DNA of 57,874 nucleotides, the filler included, from Sphacelaria rigidula (Eukaryota), in assembly GCA_964200075.2 (NCBI GenBank). It is 6 parts of 6 records of this genome, joined end to end, with 100 filler letters (N's around TTAATTAATTAA, not from the genome) between each part and the next. Parts side by side here need not be neighbours in the genome. Positions count along the whole stretch, not along the records: positions 19,327 to 28,888 come from CAXNAA020008209.1; positions 28,989 to 38,550 come from CAXNAA020008210.1; 4 more parts are not named here. One strand, written 5' to 3'. Position 1 is the stretch's first letter. Each line of letters begins with the position of its first letter. The translations under genes and the position numbers were made by a program. Positions 25,160 through 36,621 of the stretch are shown one piece after another. Under the pieces are notes generated by a model. The model saw only the letters and a list, made by a program, of their open reading frames with translations, had not been told where the DNA came from and made no database searches.

Positions 25160-25654
25160 CCTGTCCGCCCGATGGACTCTCACGAGACGATCGCTCTCTG
25201 GGGGTCAATCGGTACAAGAAGGGGAGTGAAAAACCGCAACCCCAGATTCAGCAAGGTGGGGTTGTTGTCCCAAGTCTACATGACATGTGGTCGAAGTTCC
25301 AGCACGTCAAGGCACTGACAGCGCTTGCAGGGTCGTGTCTCCTGAAGGAAGCGCCTCTACGGGCGATACCGAGATAGGTACCGCGTAGAATGACATCATT
25401 CAGAGATGCGCAATACGGACCGATGTGTTTGTTTGCTGGGGCAATAGCTACCCGGCAGAAAGTGAACGTGTTCGTGTGTCAGCATATGCTCTCAGTGAAG
25501 TCCCACCCAGTCTGCGCGAAAGGATTGCGTTTCGAGGGTAAATGGATGGCATCGCCCAAAATCCGTATTTTGCTGTCGAACTAGCGCACCACGTGAAACG
25601 TGCCACCGCTTCGGGACTGTACTGTCGGTGTTGGTGTCGTCCACCTCTGTGCCA

Positions 25655-26313
25655 AGTTCCAGGCTGGTTCAAACAGACGCGGCGGAGAAGCCCACGAGCA
25701 AAAATACTTTTGCCTAGCTTAAAAAATACACTACAAAACCCAGTTGAGGCGTCGACAGATACACGAGGTGCATATGATACTGCATATGATACTTGTATGC
25801 GGAACCTTGGCGTAACACTGGCTTTTTTTTGGCTCAAGACTGGGTATGTTCAAACCACGATGCGGTGAAGAAAGCGCGCGGTCCTCCCACGCACCACAGG
25901 TTCGATGCCCTCGTCAATGCGGGTGTGTGTGGACCCTCCCTCGGTTGATCCGCTAGACCCAAACCCATACATCGGATTGGGGTCGGATCCAGTTCCAGGC
26001 TGGTTCTAACAGACGCGGCGAAGAAGCCCACGAGCAAAATTACCCTTGCCTAGCTTAAAAAATACACTACAAAACCCAGTTGAGGCGTCGACAGATACAC
26101 GAGGTGCGTATGATTCTTGTATGCGGGAACCTTGGCGTAACACTGGTTTTTTTTAGCGCAAGACTGGGTATGTTCAAACCACGATGCGGTGAAGAGAGCA
26201 CGCGGTCCTCCCACGCACCACAGGTTCGATGCCCTCGTCAATGCGGTTGTGTGTCGACCCTACCTCGGTTGATCCGCTAAACCCAAACCCATACATCGGA
26301 TTGGGGTCGGATC
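25655..26313. repeat. Tandem duplication, two units of ~330 bp
   Basis: AGTTCCAGGCTGGTTC...GGATTGGGGTCGGATCC repeated at 25655-25990 and 25991-26313. Confidence 0.9.
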
Positions 26314-27356
26314 CTACGCCGGCTACTTGAGATGACTCGAACGGGTCGACGTATGACGCCAGTACCGCTCCAGCACGTTCCGATCTCAATCTTCAGGCCA
26401 GGCAACTTTTGAGGGGAAGTCCCCCATCGATTCGGTCAAGATCGAGTACCCGGTGTGTTTCACAACAACGGATCTCAGTGTCACGCCGCGCGACGCGACG
26501 GGTTGCACCAGCAATGAGTTATAGCAGACACCCCTCTTCACGTTCTCAAGAAGATGGACACGTGAACGTCTCTTCTGCTGGACTGAAACGCCACGAGACA
26601 TGTGTCTTCTTTCGCGTGAACAGACTCTCAACTGAAGGAACGGAGTCTCTGTTGATCACGCAATGGGCAGAGGCGGTCGCCCAGCGGAAGGAGCAAATAC
26701 CGGGGGGTTGGATGCGCATAAAGTCACATCAAGAGTCACTCCTGTCGAGGATACAGAACACACACACAAACGCGACACACACACGGCGCGTGCTCACGGC
26801 CGAACAGCACTCACTCTGCACTCTCACCGTGACGTGTATCCCCGTTGGTACTGTATTCCTGGAATGTGTTGGACGACCGGACGCCGGACAACTATGATGT
26901 GGACATGAGGCGGGATGGGGAGGAGGGGGAGGGGAGGGCGGCTACGACAACATACGGCAGCGTGACGCCCTTTGTTCCATTCTCCTGCGAGCACCTGTCC
27001 TCTCACCTGCCGAACGAATCCCGCCTGAAGAAACCGTTGGTGCATGTTCCCCGCCTCCCCCTTTACACCCCACGGATCCAAGGTACATGTTTCTCACAGT
27101 TTCATGCGGCCTAAATCGTACGCACATTTTCTCCTAGTTCTGCCCGAATTGTGCAGGATCGAGGACCTGGCAGTCTCATACCATCCACAGCGCACGTACA
27201 ACGAGTTCCAGGTCAAATGTTTGCCTCAGGTCCCAATTTGAGCCCTCAAAGCGCATCTCCTTTCTTGTAGAACACCTCATTCACATGTTTCCGGCTCCCT
27301 ACCAAATGCGGGTGTATGTATGGGATACAGTCGAGAGACGCCATAGCGGAACTCTG

Positions 27357-27567
27357 TGTAATGCGTGAGAGGACCGCGTGCTTAGAGGACCGCGCCGTAG
27401 TTCAAACTACCTCAGGATCGACGTTTCTCAAAACCAATCGGGTCAGTCCCTGCAGGTACCACGCCCCTGATCCTAACCCCAACACTAATCCTGACCCTGA
27501 CCCTAACCATAGGGATGTTTGAATTCCGATGCGGTCCTCTAAGCACGCGGTCCTCTCACGCATTACA
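27357..27567. mobile_element. TGT...ACA MITE, copy B
   Basis: Perfect 37-bp TIR TGTAATGCGTGAGAGGACCGCGTGCTTAGAGGACCGC; 5-bp TSD CTCTG. Confidence 0.92.
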
Positions 27568-27728
27568 CTCTGACTGCAATATGACGCTAAAAAAGCCAAA
27601 ATTTCAGCGTTTAACTTCGCATCTACGTTTATTGAAGAGAGCGCACAGGTCAATCCGGGTAAGCCCGCACGTCACGGTCTCTCTGGCAAGCACAGAGACA
27701 CTGCGGGCGCTGCACCCTACTTGGGTGT

Positions 27729-28178
27729 TGTAATGCATAAGAGGACCGCGTGCTCAGGGGATCGCATGGTAGTTCGAAACACCTCAGGATCGGCGTTTTT
27801 CAAAAGCAATCGGCTTAGTCCCTGCGAGGACCACACCCCTGACCCCAACCCCAACATTAATCCTAACACCAACTCAATCCTGACCCTAACCTCGACCATA
27901 GGGTCGTTCAAATTCCGACGCGCACTCCAAGGACGCTGTAATGCGTGAGAGGACCGCGTGCTTAGAGGACCGCGCCGTAGTTCAAATCACCCCAGGATCG
28001 ACGTTTTTCACAACCAATCGGGTCAGTCCCTGGAGGTACCACGCCCCTGACCATAACCCTAAAACTAACTAACTCGGACCCTAACCCTAACCACAGAGAT
28101 ATTCAAATTCCGATGCGGTCCTCTAAGCACACGGTCCTCTCACGCATTACAGACGCAGTCCTCTCATCACGCATTACA
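27729..28178. mobile_element. TGT...ACA MITE, older copy D, carrying nested copy C
   Basis: Diverged TIR at 27729; right TIR interrupted by copy C and resumes ...CACGCATTACA; GTGT on both flanks. Confidence 0.8.
27937..28151. mobile_element. TGT...ACA MITE, copy C (nested)
   Basis: 37-bp TIR; 5-bp TSD GACGC at 27932-27936 and 28152-28156; internal CCCTAACCCTAA. Confidence 0.92.
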
Positions 28179-28799
28179 GTGTGTCATGCGCGACCGCCAC
28201 TCTCTTCACTTGCAAGCGCTATACCCCTGTGGTGTGTCCACAGTGTCACAACCGAGATAAACGCTGCGGCACCTCAGCTGTGCGGTTCCTCCGCGTGGAG
28301 GCGTTTTTCCCGAACTGGGTAGCCGGACTTTGTCGTCGTCGCTCGTCCCGGGCTCCAGTAGACTTTACATGTCGACCGAACATAACGCTACCGGAACAGT
28401 TTTACGTGATATAACTTTCACCACCGACATTCAAATATTTCAATGGAGGAGTGACTGTCTCGCCGGGAGACATAAACCTCTTCGCGGACCCCCAAGGGTT
28501 CGGTATGAAACCAAGAAAACTGGGGAAAATCTGAGGCGACCTTCACGAACTGTACGTAAACAATGGTTGGTACAATGAAGATGCCGTCAATTCTAACGCT
28601 AACCCTAACCCTAACCCCCACCAAGGCATACCGTGAACCCTCGAGCAAGCGGGTGCGGAGTGTTCCCTAGGCAAAGGGTGCGTTGCCAGAGCTCAAATGG
28701 ACGCCTTTCAGCCGATTTTGTACCAAAACACAATCTGGACGAGCTGGGTCTACGTGAAAGATTCAGCCGATTTTGGACCAAAACACAATCTGGACGAGC

Positions 28800-28888
28800 T
28801 GTGTGTGTGTGTGTGTTGTGTGTGTTGTCGTCCCATTTATTCTGGACGCCAGTCTACCCCTTTTCGGGATATGTGGTCGCATCAGCCG
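28800..28888 (-). mobile_element. (CA)n-tailed SINE/LINE-like repeat end
   Basis: (GT)n-TGTCGTCCCATTTATTCTGGACG...GCATCAGCCG; related copies at ~50888-51040 and ~53600-53690. Confidence 0.6.
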
Positions 28889-28988
28889 NNNNNNNNNNNN
28901 NNNNNNNNNNNNNNNNNNNNNNNNNNNNNNNNTTAATTAATTAANNNNNNNNNNNNNNNNNNNNNNNNNNNNNNNNNNNNNNNNNNNN

Positions 28989-31900
28989 CTTGAACGTGGA
29001 AACGCTCTTGCAAGTTCAAGACTCCTTTCAATGCACTCTTAATTTGAACATCGTCCAGAACATCACACTTCCATTTCCCCTCCGACGAGGACGCCAGTAC
29101 CGAGAAAGACGTCCGAGGGGCACGGCCAAACATCACGTGATACGGCGTACTATCGTACCGACGGCGATATACTGTATTTAGCGCCCATTGCACAGCGGGC
29201 AACACGTCAACCCACTCGGTCACCTCTCGACGCTGCTCGAGAAGGATAGAGCGAAGAGCACGAACTACTTCCTTTACCATTCGTTCGCACATACCGTTAG
29301 ACCACGGAGAATATGCTACCCCAAACCGGTGATCAACGCGCAAAGCCTCTCGCAACCGAGCCAAGATCGCATTCTTGAAATGCGTGGCGGTATCACTTAC
29401 CCACACACGGGGCATCCCCAAAGTTTTGCACCAGTTCAGCAAAGACGTCGCAGTCGATTCAGCAGTACACACGGCTACAGGTTTCAGAGCCACAAAATTG
29501 TTCGATTCATCCATGATGACCAAAGTGTATCGGAACCAAGCATCCTCCGACAAACCTTGGGAAACTAACGGGCCACTCTCGCCCACGTGTAAGAAGTCAA
29601 AGTGAACGACTTCATTCGGCGTGGTCCCACGGACCGTTTCACCGAGCGGGCGGGGAACAACATCGCCCGCCCTCGAGTCAGCACAGTGAAGACACTGGCA
29701 GACAAATTCGCGCACATTAGTTTCTATCCCCCTGCCAGATACAAAACTCTTGCAAGCGCACGAGCGTCGTAGCCTCACCACGATGCCCGGCATCGCGCAT
29801 GTGCGCACAAATCATCAAGCGTACCTGCAACTGCTTGTCAGAACACAAAACGTTTCGACCACGCACATGCACACGAAACAGACCTTCATTGTCCAAGAGA
29901 GCAGTACCAACGTCCGACTCGAAAGATTGCACATCCGCATCTTCGGCCCCAAGGTCTTTTCGTTGCACTTGGCGGACAACAGATTTGGACGGCATCGAGT
30001 CATCAGGTTCGCACGGGCCATACACAGCCACAGCGCGCGCAGGCAAAGTGGGAATATTTACCCAGCGCGACAGCAAGTCACCCCACGCGTTACGCTCACC
30101 CGAAATATGACAAATCGTGTACCGATACTGTCCCAATACTCCTTTCCACCCCTCCAATCGCTGTGCCAACGCTTTTGACACAGACGTCACGCATGCCTCC
30201 GGGTTGAAAATGTACGCTAGATTTCGGTGATCCGTGAAAATGTGTACGCCATGCCACAATACATGCTCGAGACGACGAAAAGTGCTCACGATAGCGAAAT
30301 CTTGTTTGTCAATGGTTGCCCAACGCATCTGGGAACCCTTTAAATTACCACTCAGAAAAGCCAGCGGTTCATGCGTCATGTCTTCAACCGACAACCGTTG
30401 TGGCATTTCTGCATAAGGCGCCTGCGTGACAAAGCTACCCTAATGAAACTCGGATGAATCCGGAAACATCAGCACCTGGTAACCGGGGCGGGGATGGAAC
30501 AGCGTAACGGCGTGAGCCACCACATCCTTCGCTGCCGCCCATGCCTGCATCCTGTCCTCCGTCCACGATGCGGGTGGAATAACACGATTTTTTGCCACCC
30601 GCTTCGTGCGCCTCGCTGCCCCCACCATGAGTTCCTCTAGAAAACCGCGTAAGAGCGCCACTACTTCAGCCATACGTGGCAGCGAGGTACGCAACCAGTT
30701 CATGGCGTGCAGGAATTGCATTAGTTCTACGGCAGTTTCTGGTCGTCGCATAACATAGAAACCTTGCAAGCGGACCGGGTCATGCGAGACGCGGCCGTGA
30801 GAGTATACTTTCCCACACCACACTAGTTCACTAGCAGAAAAGGTACACGTGTGGGCAGCTGCAAACAGACCAACACTCTCTAAGCGAAAGATTGTATCAA
30901 GCGTATCCAACAGTTCATCTTCCGTATCCGCGAAGAAAAAACACCATCCACCCAAATCTTGCATTTCAAGCCACCTGAAAGATCTACCATGATACCTTGA
31001 AAATAGGAAGTAGCATTCAACACGCCTTGCGGTACTCTTTGGGGGGTAAACATGCCAAACGGAGTCGTGATTGTGAATATCTCTTGCGCCTCTTCGGCCA
31101 GCGGCATCTGCCAGTACCCCTGTAGGAGGTCCAACTTACCGAAACATCGCGCACTCAACAGGTCTATCATGTCGGATTTCTGGTTGGGCATATCACCCGG
31201 CGACTTCTCCACGTGATCATCGACGGCTCCGTAATCGCTGACAAGACGGAAAGAGTCCTTCTTCGGCACCGCCATCGCTGGACTGGACCACACCGCCTGT
31301 AGATTCCTGAACACTAACCCAAACGCCACAAGAGCTCCTATGCAAGAAGCTAGCCAACTGGACTTTACCGGATCATACCTCCTCGGTTTTGCCTTCACCG
31401 CGGCCGCCCCTGGCTTTAGTGTAACCCTTATGGGTTCCACGGGCGCAGGGGGATCACCCCTCAGCGCACAACGAAACGCGTCAACGTGGCGATACAATAT
31501 GCCACGCAAGCGTTCCGCTTTTGAGACTCCGAGGCCATTTTTCACCGCATCCGTCACGCTTTCTTCAAGCGCAGCCTTTCGCGCGGACTCTCCTTCCGCC
31601 GGCTCCATCAACATATCGGGGCCGCGCTCCACCAAGCGTTCCACCGCCTCATCACGCTCCTCGGACACCTGCCCCCCCACCTCCTGGAGAGCATCAACCG
31701 ACAAGCTCACTCTGCGACTGGCCAAGAAAGCAGGCGTCTCGACGCTCGAACCGGGTGCCGGCATTTTCGTTTTTAGGGACCCCAACAACCGATCATACGG
31801 ATCGAATCCGAGTCCCCGAAGCGTCGGTAGACCCAACAGAACTACACCATCCGTCCCCGGCATGATCGCAAACGATATTGGGGGTAATTTTGCTGGCTCC

Positions 31901-32481
31901 CAAGTAGTCAGGAACGCCAACTGTAGGGGAATCGTACGCTCAGTAACATTTATACGTTGCCCCGGTGCGGTGATGGCCTGCCGCGCCCCGAGCGAAAACG
32001 GAATTTGGATTTGCCCACCGGGGAGTAGACGCTCCAGCATCTCCACAATAAGCACCGACATGCTCGTGAAGTGGGCGCCTGAATCCAACACCGCTTTGAC
32101 CGATATAGCTCCCCGCGCCCATTGATCGGGCAGATATAACTCGGCAGGGACATAACTGTCTTGGTCCTCGACCGGCACCTGCTCTGTCGACTGATTGTTC
32201 GTAATCCTCACTTGGCGCCACGGCTGCGCGCACGGCGCAGGCAGAGACACCCCAGCTGGGGTCACCGGCACCGCCGGCGGGTACGAAGCCCCGCCCGCAG
32301 CACCAAATTGCAGCGGTACCCCGGCCGACGCAGCAGCGGAGTCAAGTTTCAGCTAAAAACCGGCCGGCTCCGCAGCCGGTGTCTCGCCTTGCTCTGCTGC
32401 CGGTGGCGCCGGCACCGGGCCCCTCACCAGAGAGGTCGGTCCCACCTGCACCGCCCGTTGCGGAGCAGCAGCCCCTGCGGC
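28989..32481 (-). mobile_element. Ty3/gypsy LTR retrotransposon pol (PR-RT-RNase H-IN), degenerate
   Basis: Protease VLDSGA; RT LDLLQGYWQM, RVPQGVLNA, WVDG (broken xxDD); RNase H EPLAFLSG, FTDHRNL; integrase AHMRDAGH..CQCLHC, HFDF, VSDTATHF, PWSNGMCER. Split over four ORFs by frameshifts and stops. Confidence 0.95.
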
Positions 32482-32815
32482 TGAACCGTATTCCGTGGCT
32501 CGCGGCGAAGGATGGATAGTTTTATCTTTTGTATTATTGGAGAGTGCCTAGACTGAGTCGACCCTATGACTGAGGGATCAGATGTTGTGAGTGAGGGCTC
32601 ATGGCAGCTTGGTAGCTGCCATGAGCTGGGTACTGTAGTCACGCACACTCGACTACCAGTACCCGCACGTCTGCATCAATCTATCCGCACGTGTGCATGT
32701 TCACTCAGTGTACCTGTTCACATGAACACCACCTCTGAACCGGTACATCAGTCCTCGTGGATTTTCCTCTCTCAAAAAATGTTTCAAGGGGGAAACCCGG
32801 CCATCCGGGCAGAAA
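32482..32815 (-). repeat. Putative 3' LTR of the copia element
   Basis: Follows a minus-strand polypurine tract (GAGGGGAGGGGG, 32816-32827) and ends in ...GGTTCA at the junction with gypsy coding sequence. The 5' LTR is not in the fragment and the start lacks a canonical TG. Confidence 0.5.
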
Positions 32816-34581
32816 CCCCCTCCCCTCAACAGCTTGTGCTCCATCTAGATAATCCATGGACGCCGGTCAAGGCAGATACACGACATGTCGGGAAACGCGC
32901 TATAAAACCCATGCCCCTCAAAGTAGCGTGGGTGGCTCAACCCAAAATGCGCATAAATGTATCACTCGAACATCTAAAGTACCCGACACGAGCACAATGG
33001 TACACACAAAAAAATCGTACCTACTTGTCACCTTCCAAGTTCATCAAAAAACGTCTGTGCCTCGTAAACAGGCTGATCGAAAGAGGCTTCGTCAAAATAT
33101 CTGCATGCTGCCATCCTGAGCCTACATGTACAACCCCGACCTTTCCCGTCCCCACCAGCTCTCGAATGAAGTGGTAGCTCACGTCTATGTGCTTACTCCT
33201 TTCGGAGCTGAGAGGATTCTCGGCCAGAGCTTTTGCTCCCTCGTTATCCTCGTAAAAAAGGATACCTTGGTCCTCCCTGTTTCCCGACACAATCTGTGGT
33301 CGCAGGAACGTCAACACTGCCTTCACAAACAATCCCTCCTTTGCCCCCTCGGCCATTGCAACGTATTCTGCCTCCGTAGTTGACAGAGTTACGCAGTGTT
33401 GCGTGCGGCTCGTTGCCGACATTACCACACCACCGTACATCACGGCTACCCATGAAACCGAACGCCTATCCGTTTCCCTCTTGGCGTAATCTGCATCGCA
33501 GTAAACTGAAAGCCTATCGTGACCTTTCTCGAACGTAAGTCCAAAACCCTTCGTCTCATTGAGGTACTTTAACACTTTCACAACAGCTTCCCAGTGCCTC
33601 TCGCATGGGTCATGCGACTGCCGAGCAAGCGCTCGTACTGAATTCGCGATGTCGGGTCTAGTGACTGTTGCCAGCCACATCAACCCCCCCACTGCGATAC
33701 GGTATGGGCGATTCACCTTCTTGTCTTCGCCCGTTGTCGACCCCAACTTTACAGAAACAGAGGTAGGGATTTTCGAGTACCCCCTCACCTCAAAACGCTT
33801 CAGGAGCGTGTCCGTGAACGAGGTTTGCGTCACAGACAGCGTGCCTCTACCCCAGTCTCTATCCACAGCGCACCCCATGTACCAGGTTACTTCTCCTAGA
33901 TTGTTCGTGGGGAACTTTTTGTCGAGGACTTTACCCACCTTTCCTACATATTCCTCAGGACCACTGATAAGGATGTCATCCACATGGACAACTAAAATCA
34001 CACGTACTTCTCCTGCATCCTCCATCTTAAAAACACATGGATCAGCTTCGCACTGCACCATCCCGACATCCAGCAAAGTTTGACACAGGAGACGAGACCA
34101 CTGTCTGCCTGCTTGTTTGATCCCGTAGATGGGTTTTTCAAGCTTTACGGTCACGTCTGTCAAGACGGAGCAACCTTCAGGCAACCTCATGTATACATCG
34201 GTATCCATTTCCGCCTGAACAAAAGCCTGCGTCACATCAAAATGATACAGCGGCCACTCTTCCTGAACTGCCACTGCCATGACCAGTTTGATGGAGGCCA
34301 TGGAGGGCGTTGCCGCGAAAGTCTCGAAATAGTCGACTGCAAAGCGTTGTCCAAATCCTCGCGCTACCAACCTTGCCTTTGCCTTCGTTACAGTACCATC
34401 TGCGTCAGTTTTCCAACTAAAAATCCACTTTGCTGAAATCACGTTCGCCGCTTCCGGTACAGGGCCAGTCGAAAATGTTCCAGCCTTTTCGTGACCTCCT
34501 AGCTCGGCCTGCATCGCGCCTAACCATGCCTCTCGAAATTCTGACTTGGCAATGTCATGCATACTGGTTGGTGCTGCCTCT

Positions 34582-34829
34582 GACTGCTGCCGAGATAGCC
34601 CCCCCCCGAACCGGCCAGAAAAGTGCAGGGGGCGATGATCATAAATGTCGTTAGAGCTGGTTTTGAGCTGCACGACGCGACTTATTTGGGCGTCACAGGT
34701 GAGTATAGACTGCTACACGCCACTCATGCGGGCGAAATTGCTGCAAACGAGCCCAATAGTGGGATCGCAGCCGTTTTTCTGGACGGTTTCCGGTGCACTT
34801 TTTGTGGGGGGGCTATCTCGGCATTAGTC
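34582..34829. mobile_element. ~250-bp MITE inserted in copia pol, copy 1
   Basis: TIR GACT..TGCCGAGATAGCCCCCCC / GGGGGGGCTATCTCGGCATTAGTC; 4-bp TSD CTCT; removal restores HVSEIEAAPTSM. Confidence 0.88.
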
Positions 34830-35415
34830 CTCTATTTCGCTTACGTGTAGGCCAACCGGTGAACGCAAACCGAATTCAGGCTGCCCTACCCTGTTTTCCT
34901 CAGCGACAAAACAAAAAAACTCGCTTTCAGCTAACTCGTGTTGAGTCGAAACGATTGCGTCTTGCCCAGCCACCTGTCCTGCTGCCGCGGTGATCAGCTC
35001 CATGATTGAGCATTTGTCCTCCGCCATTCCCGCCAGCGCCATCTCTGCTTCCTTCTTGCTTTCCTCCGCTCCGCCAGCCACCAGCGTCACGTCTCATGCG
35101 TGCACCGACCCCATTGCCTCGCGCGCTTGGCTTCTCGTACGCCCCGCCCTTGGTGTTGGTACCCGGTCAGCCCACGCAAGACGGCGTTGCTCGGTCCTCG
35201 GGAGTTGAGGAGCGTCGCCGCCCCCCCCGCCATCTTGCGAGGGACCCGTGGAAGAGGGTGACAGTGCGGGCGACGAGGCAGTGTCCGATGCCGATGTGAG
35301 CGTCGGCGTAGGTGTCGGCGTCGGCGTAGGTGTCGGCGTCTAAGCTGATGTCGGCGTCGGCCTAGGTGTCGGCGTCTGTGCTGGTGTCGGTGTCGGCGCT
35401 GATATTAGCGTTGTC

Positions 35416-35416
<1 letters not shown>

Positions 35417-35455
<39 letters not shown>
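35417..35455. repeat. (GAT)n microsatellite within the copia low-complexity linker
   Basis: About 13 GAT units beside TPTPTP-coding repeats. Confidence 0.9.
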
Positions 35456-36391
35456 CTTCCGGCTCTACCTCACCCCCTCCGTTGACAAAATCTGGAACGG
35501 GGATCTCTGGTCTCACCCTGCCTTTCCCCCCCCCTCTCGCGGGGACGGTGAAGGCACTTCACCCTCTCCACTACTGACGGGGATCTGCGGGGCTTCTCCG
35601 CCCCTCCCACCAACGGAACTCGGCGGGGAGGACGGCGCGCTTGAGAACCCGCTGGGCGAAGTGTCCACTGTCGAGCTTTCCGTCTTGTCTTCACCCACAT
35701 CCTGGCCTTGATCGACGCTGGAATCCTTCAGCTCTCCCGGCGCCTGGGTCGCTTGCTGTAGTGTGCGGGGGGGGGGCAGCGGACGTACGTGCCCATGTTA
35801 CATGTCATGTCACGGAGATAGTTCCTCGTACAGTCAGAACTCGCATCGCGTCACGTGGATAGCCCTCGGCTGGGCTCAAGTACCAGCATTTTTCGACCTT
35901 CGGCTGTAATGTATTTGTCCGCTTCCTCTTACAAAAACCAGGCCTCAAAAACGGAATGAGATCACCTTCCGGTGGTGATCTATACCACATATATCATGCG
36001 GTGATTTGTGGTGCGCGTTAGCCGAGGTAGCGGTACAGTTCAGGGCGTGACACGACCAGTTCGCCTGTTCAGCCCACAGGCTGTCACAATTTGGGATGCG
36101 CTCGTCGGGGCCTGCTGTTTCGATGATGCCTGACGCTCGCGCTGCAACACCGTTGAACTGGGGTGAGTCGGCAGTTGTCTTCTCCTGCTTGATCTTTTCC
36201 CTGCTGCACAGCCCACCAAATGCACCCTCCGAAAATTCACCCCCGTCATCGCTACGGACTATCTCATTTTTTCTCGGAGAGACCCATGCTATGTATTTCG
36301 CGAAGTACCTCTCTGCCTCATTCTTCTTACGGAGGAAATACAGCTTTGTGTGCCCTGAGTGATCATCTCAGACAATCATCGTGTACGACTT

Positions 36392-36621
36392 CCCCCCCCC
36401 GAACCGGCCAAAATGTGTACGGAAGCGATGATAACTAAGGCTGTTAGAGCTGGTGTCGTGCTGCACGGCGCGACTCATGGGCGTTATAGCTGATTTCGGA
36501 CTGCTGCACGCCTCTCATTTGGACGAAATTGCTGCAAACGAGCCAAATAGTGGGATTGCAGCCGGTTTGTCGGGCGGTCTTCGATGCGCTCTTTTGTGGG
36601 GGGGCTATCTCGGCATTAGTC
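36392..36621. mobile_element. Same MITE family, copy 2, in copia integrase (left TIR truncated)
   Basis: Homologous to 34582-34829; splits FVDLFGPKPVKSKG|KSYTMIV. Confidence 0.85.

Noticed and set aside
31340..32125. 261-aa plus-strand ORF and similar long antisense ORFs over the retroelements
   Set aside because: Shadow frames of gypsy/copia pol with no motifs of their own.
34582..34673. N-terminus of the 550-aa copia RT ORF
   Set aside because: Read-through from the inserted MITE.
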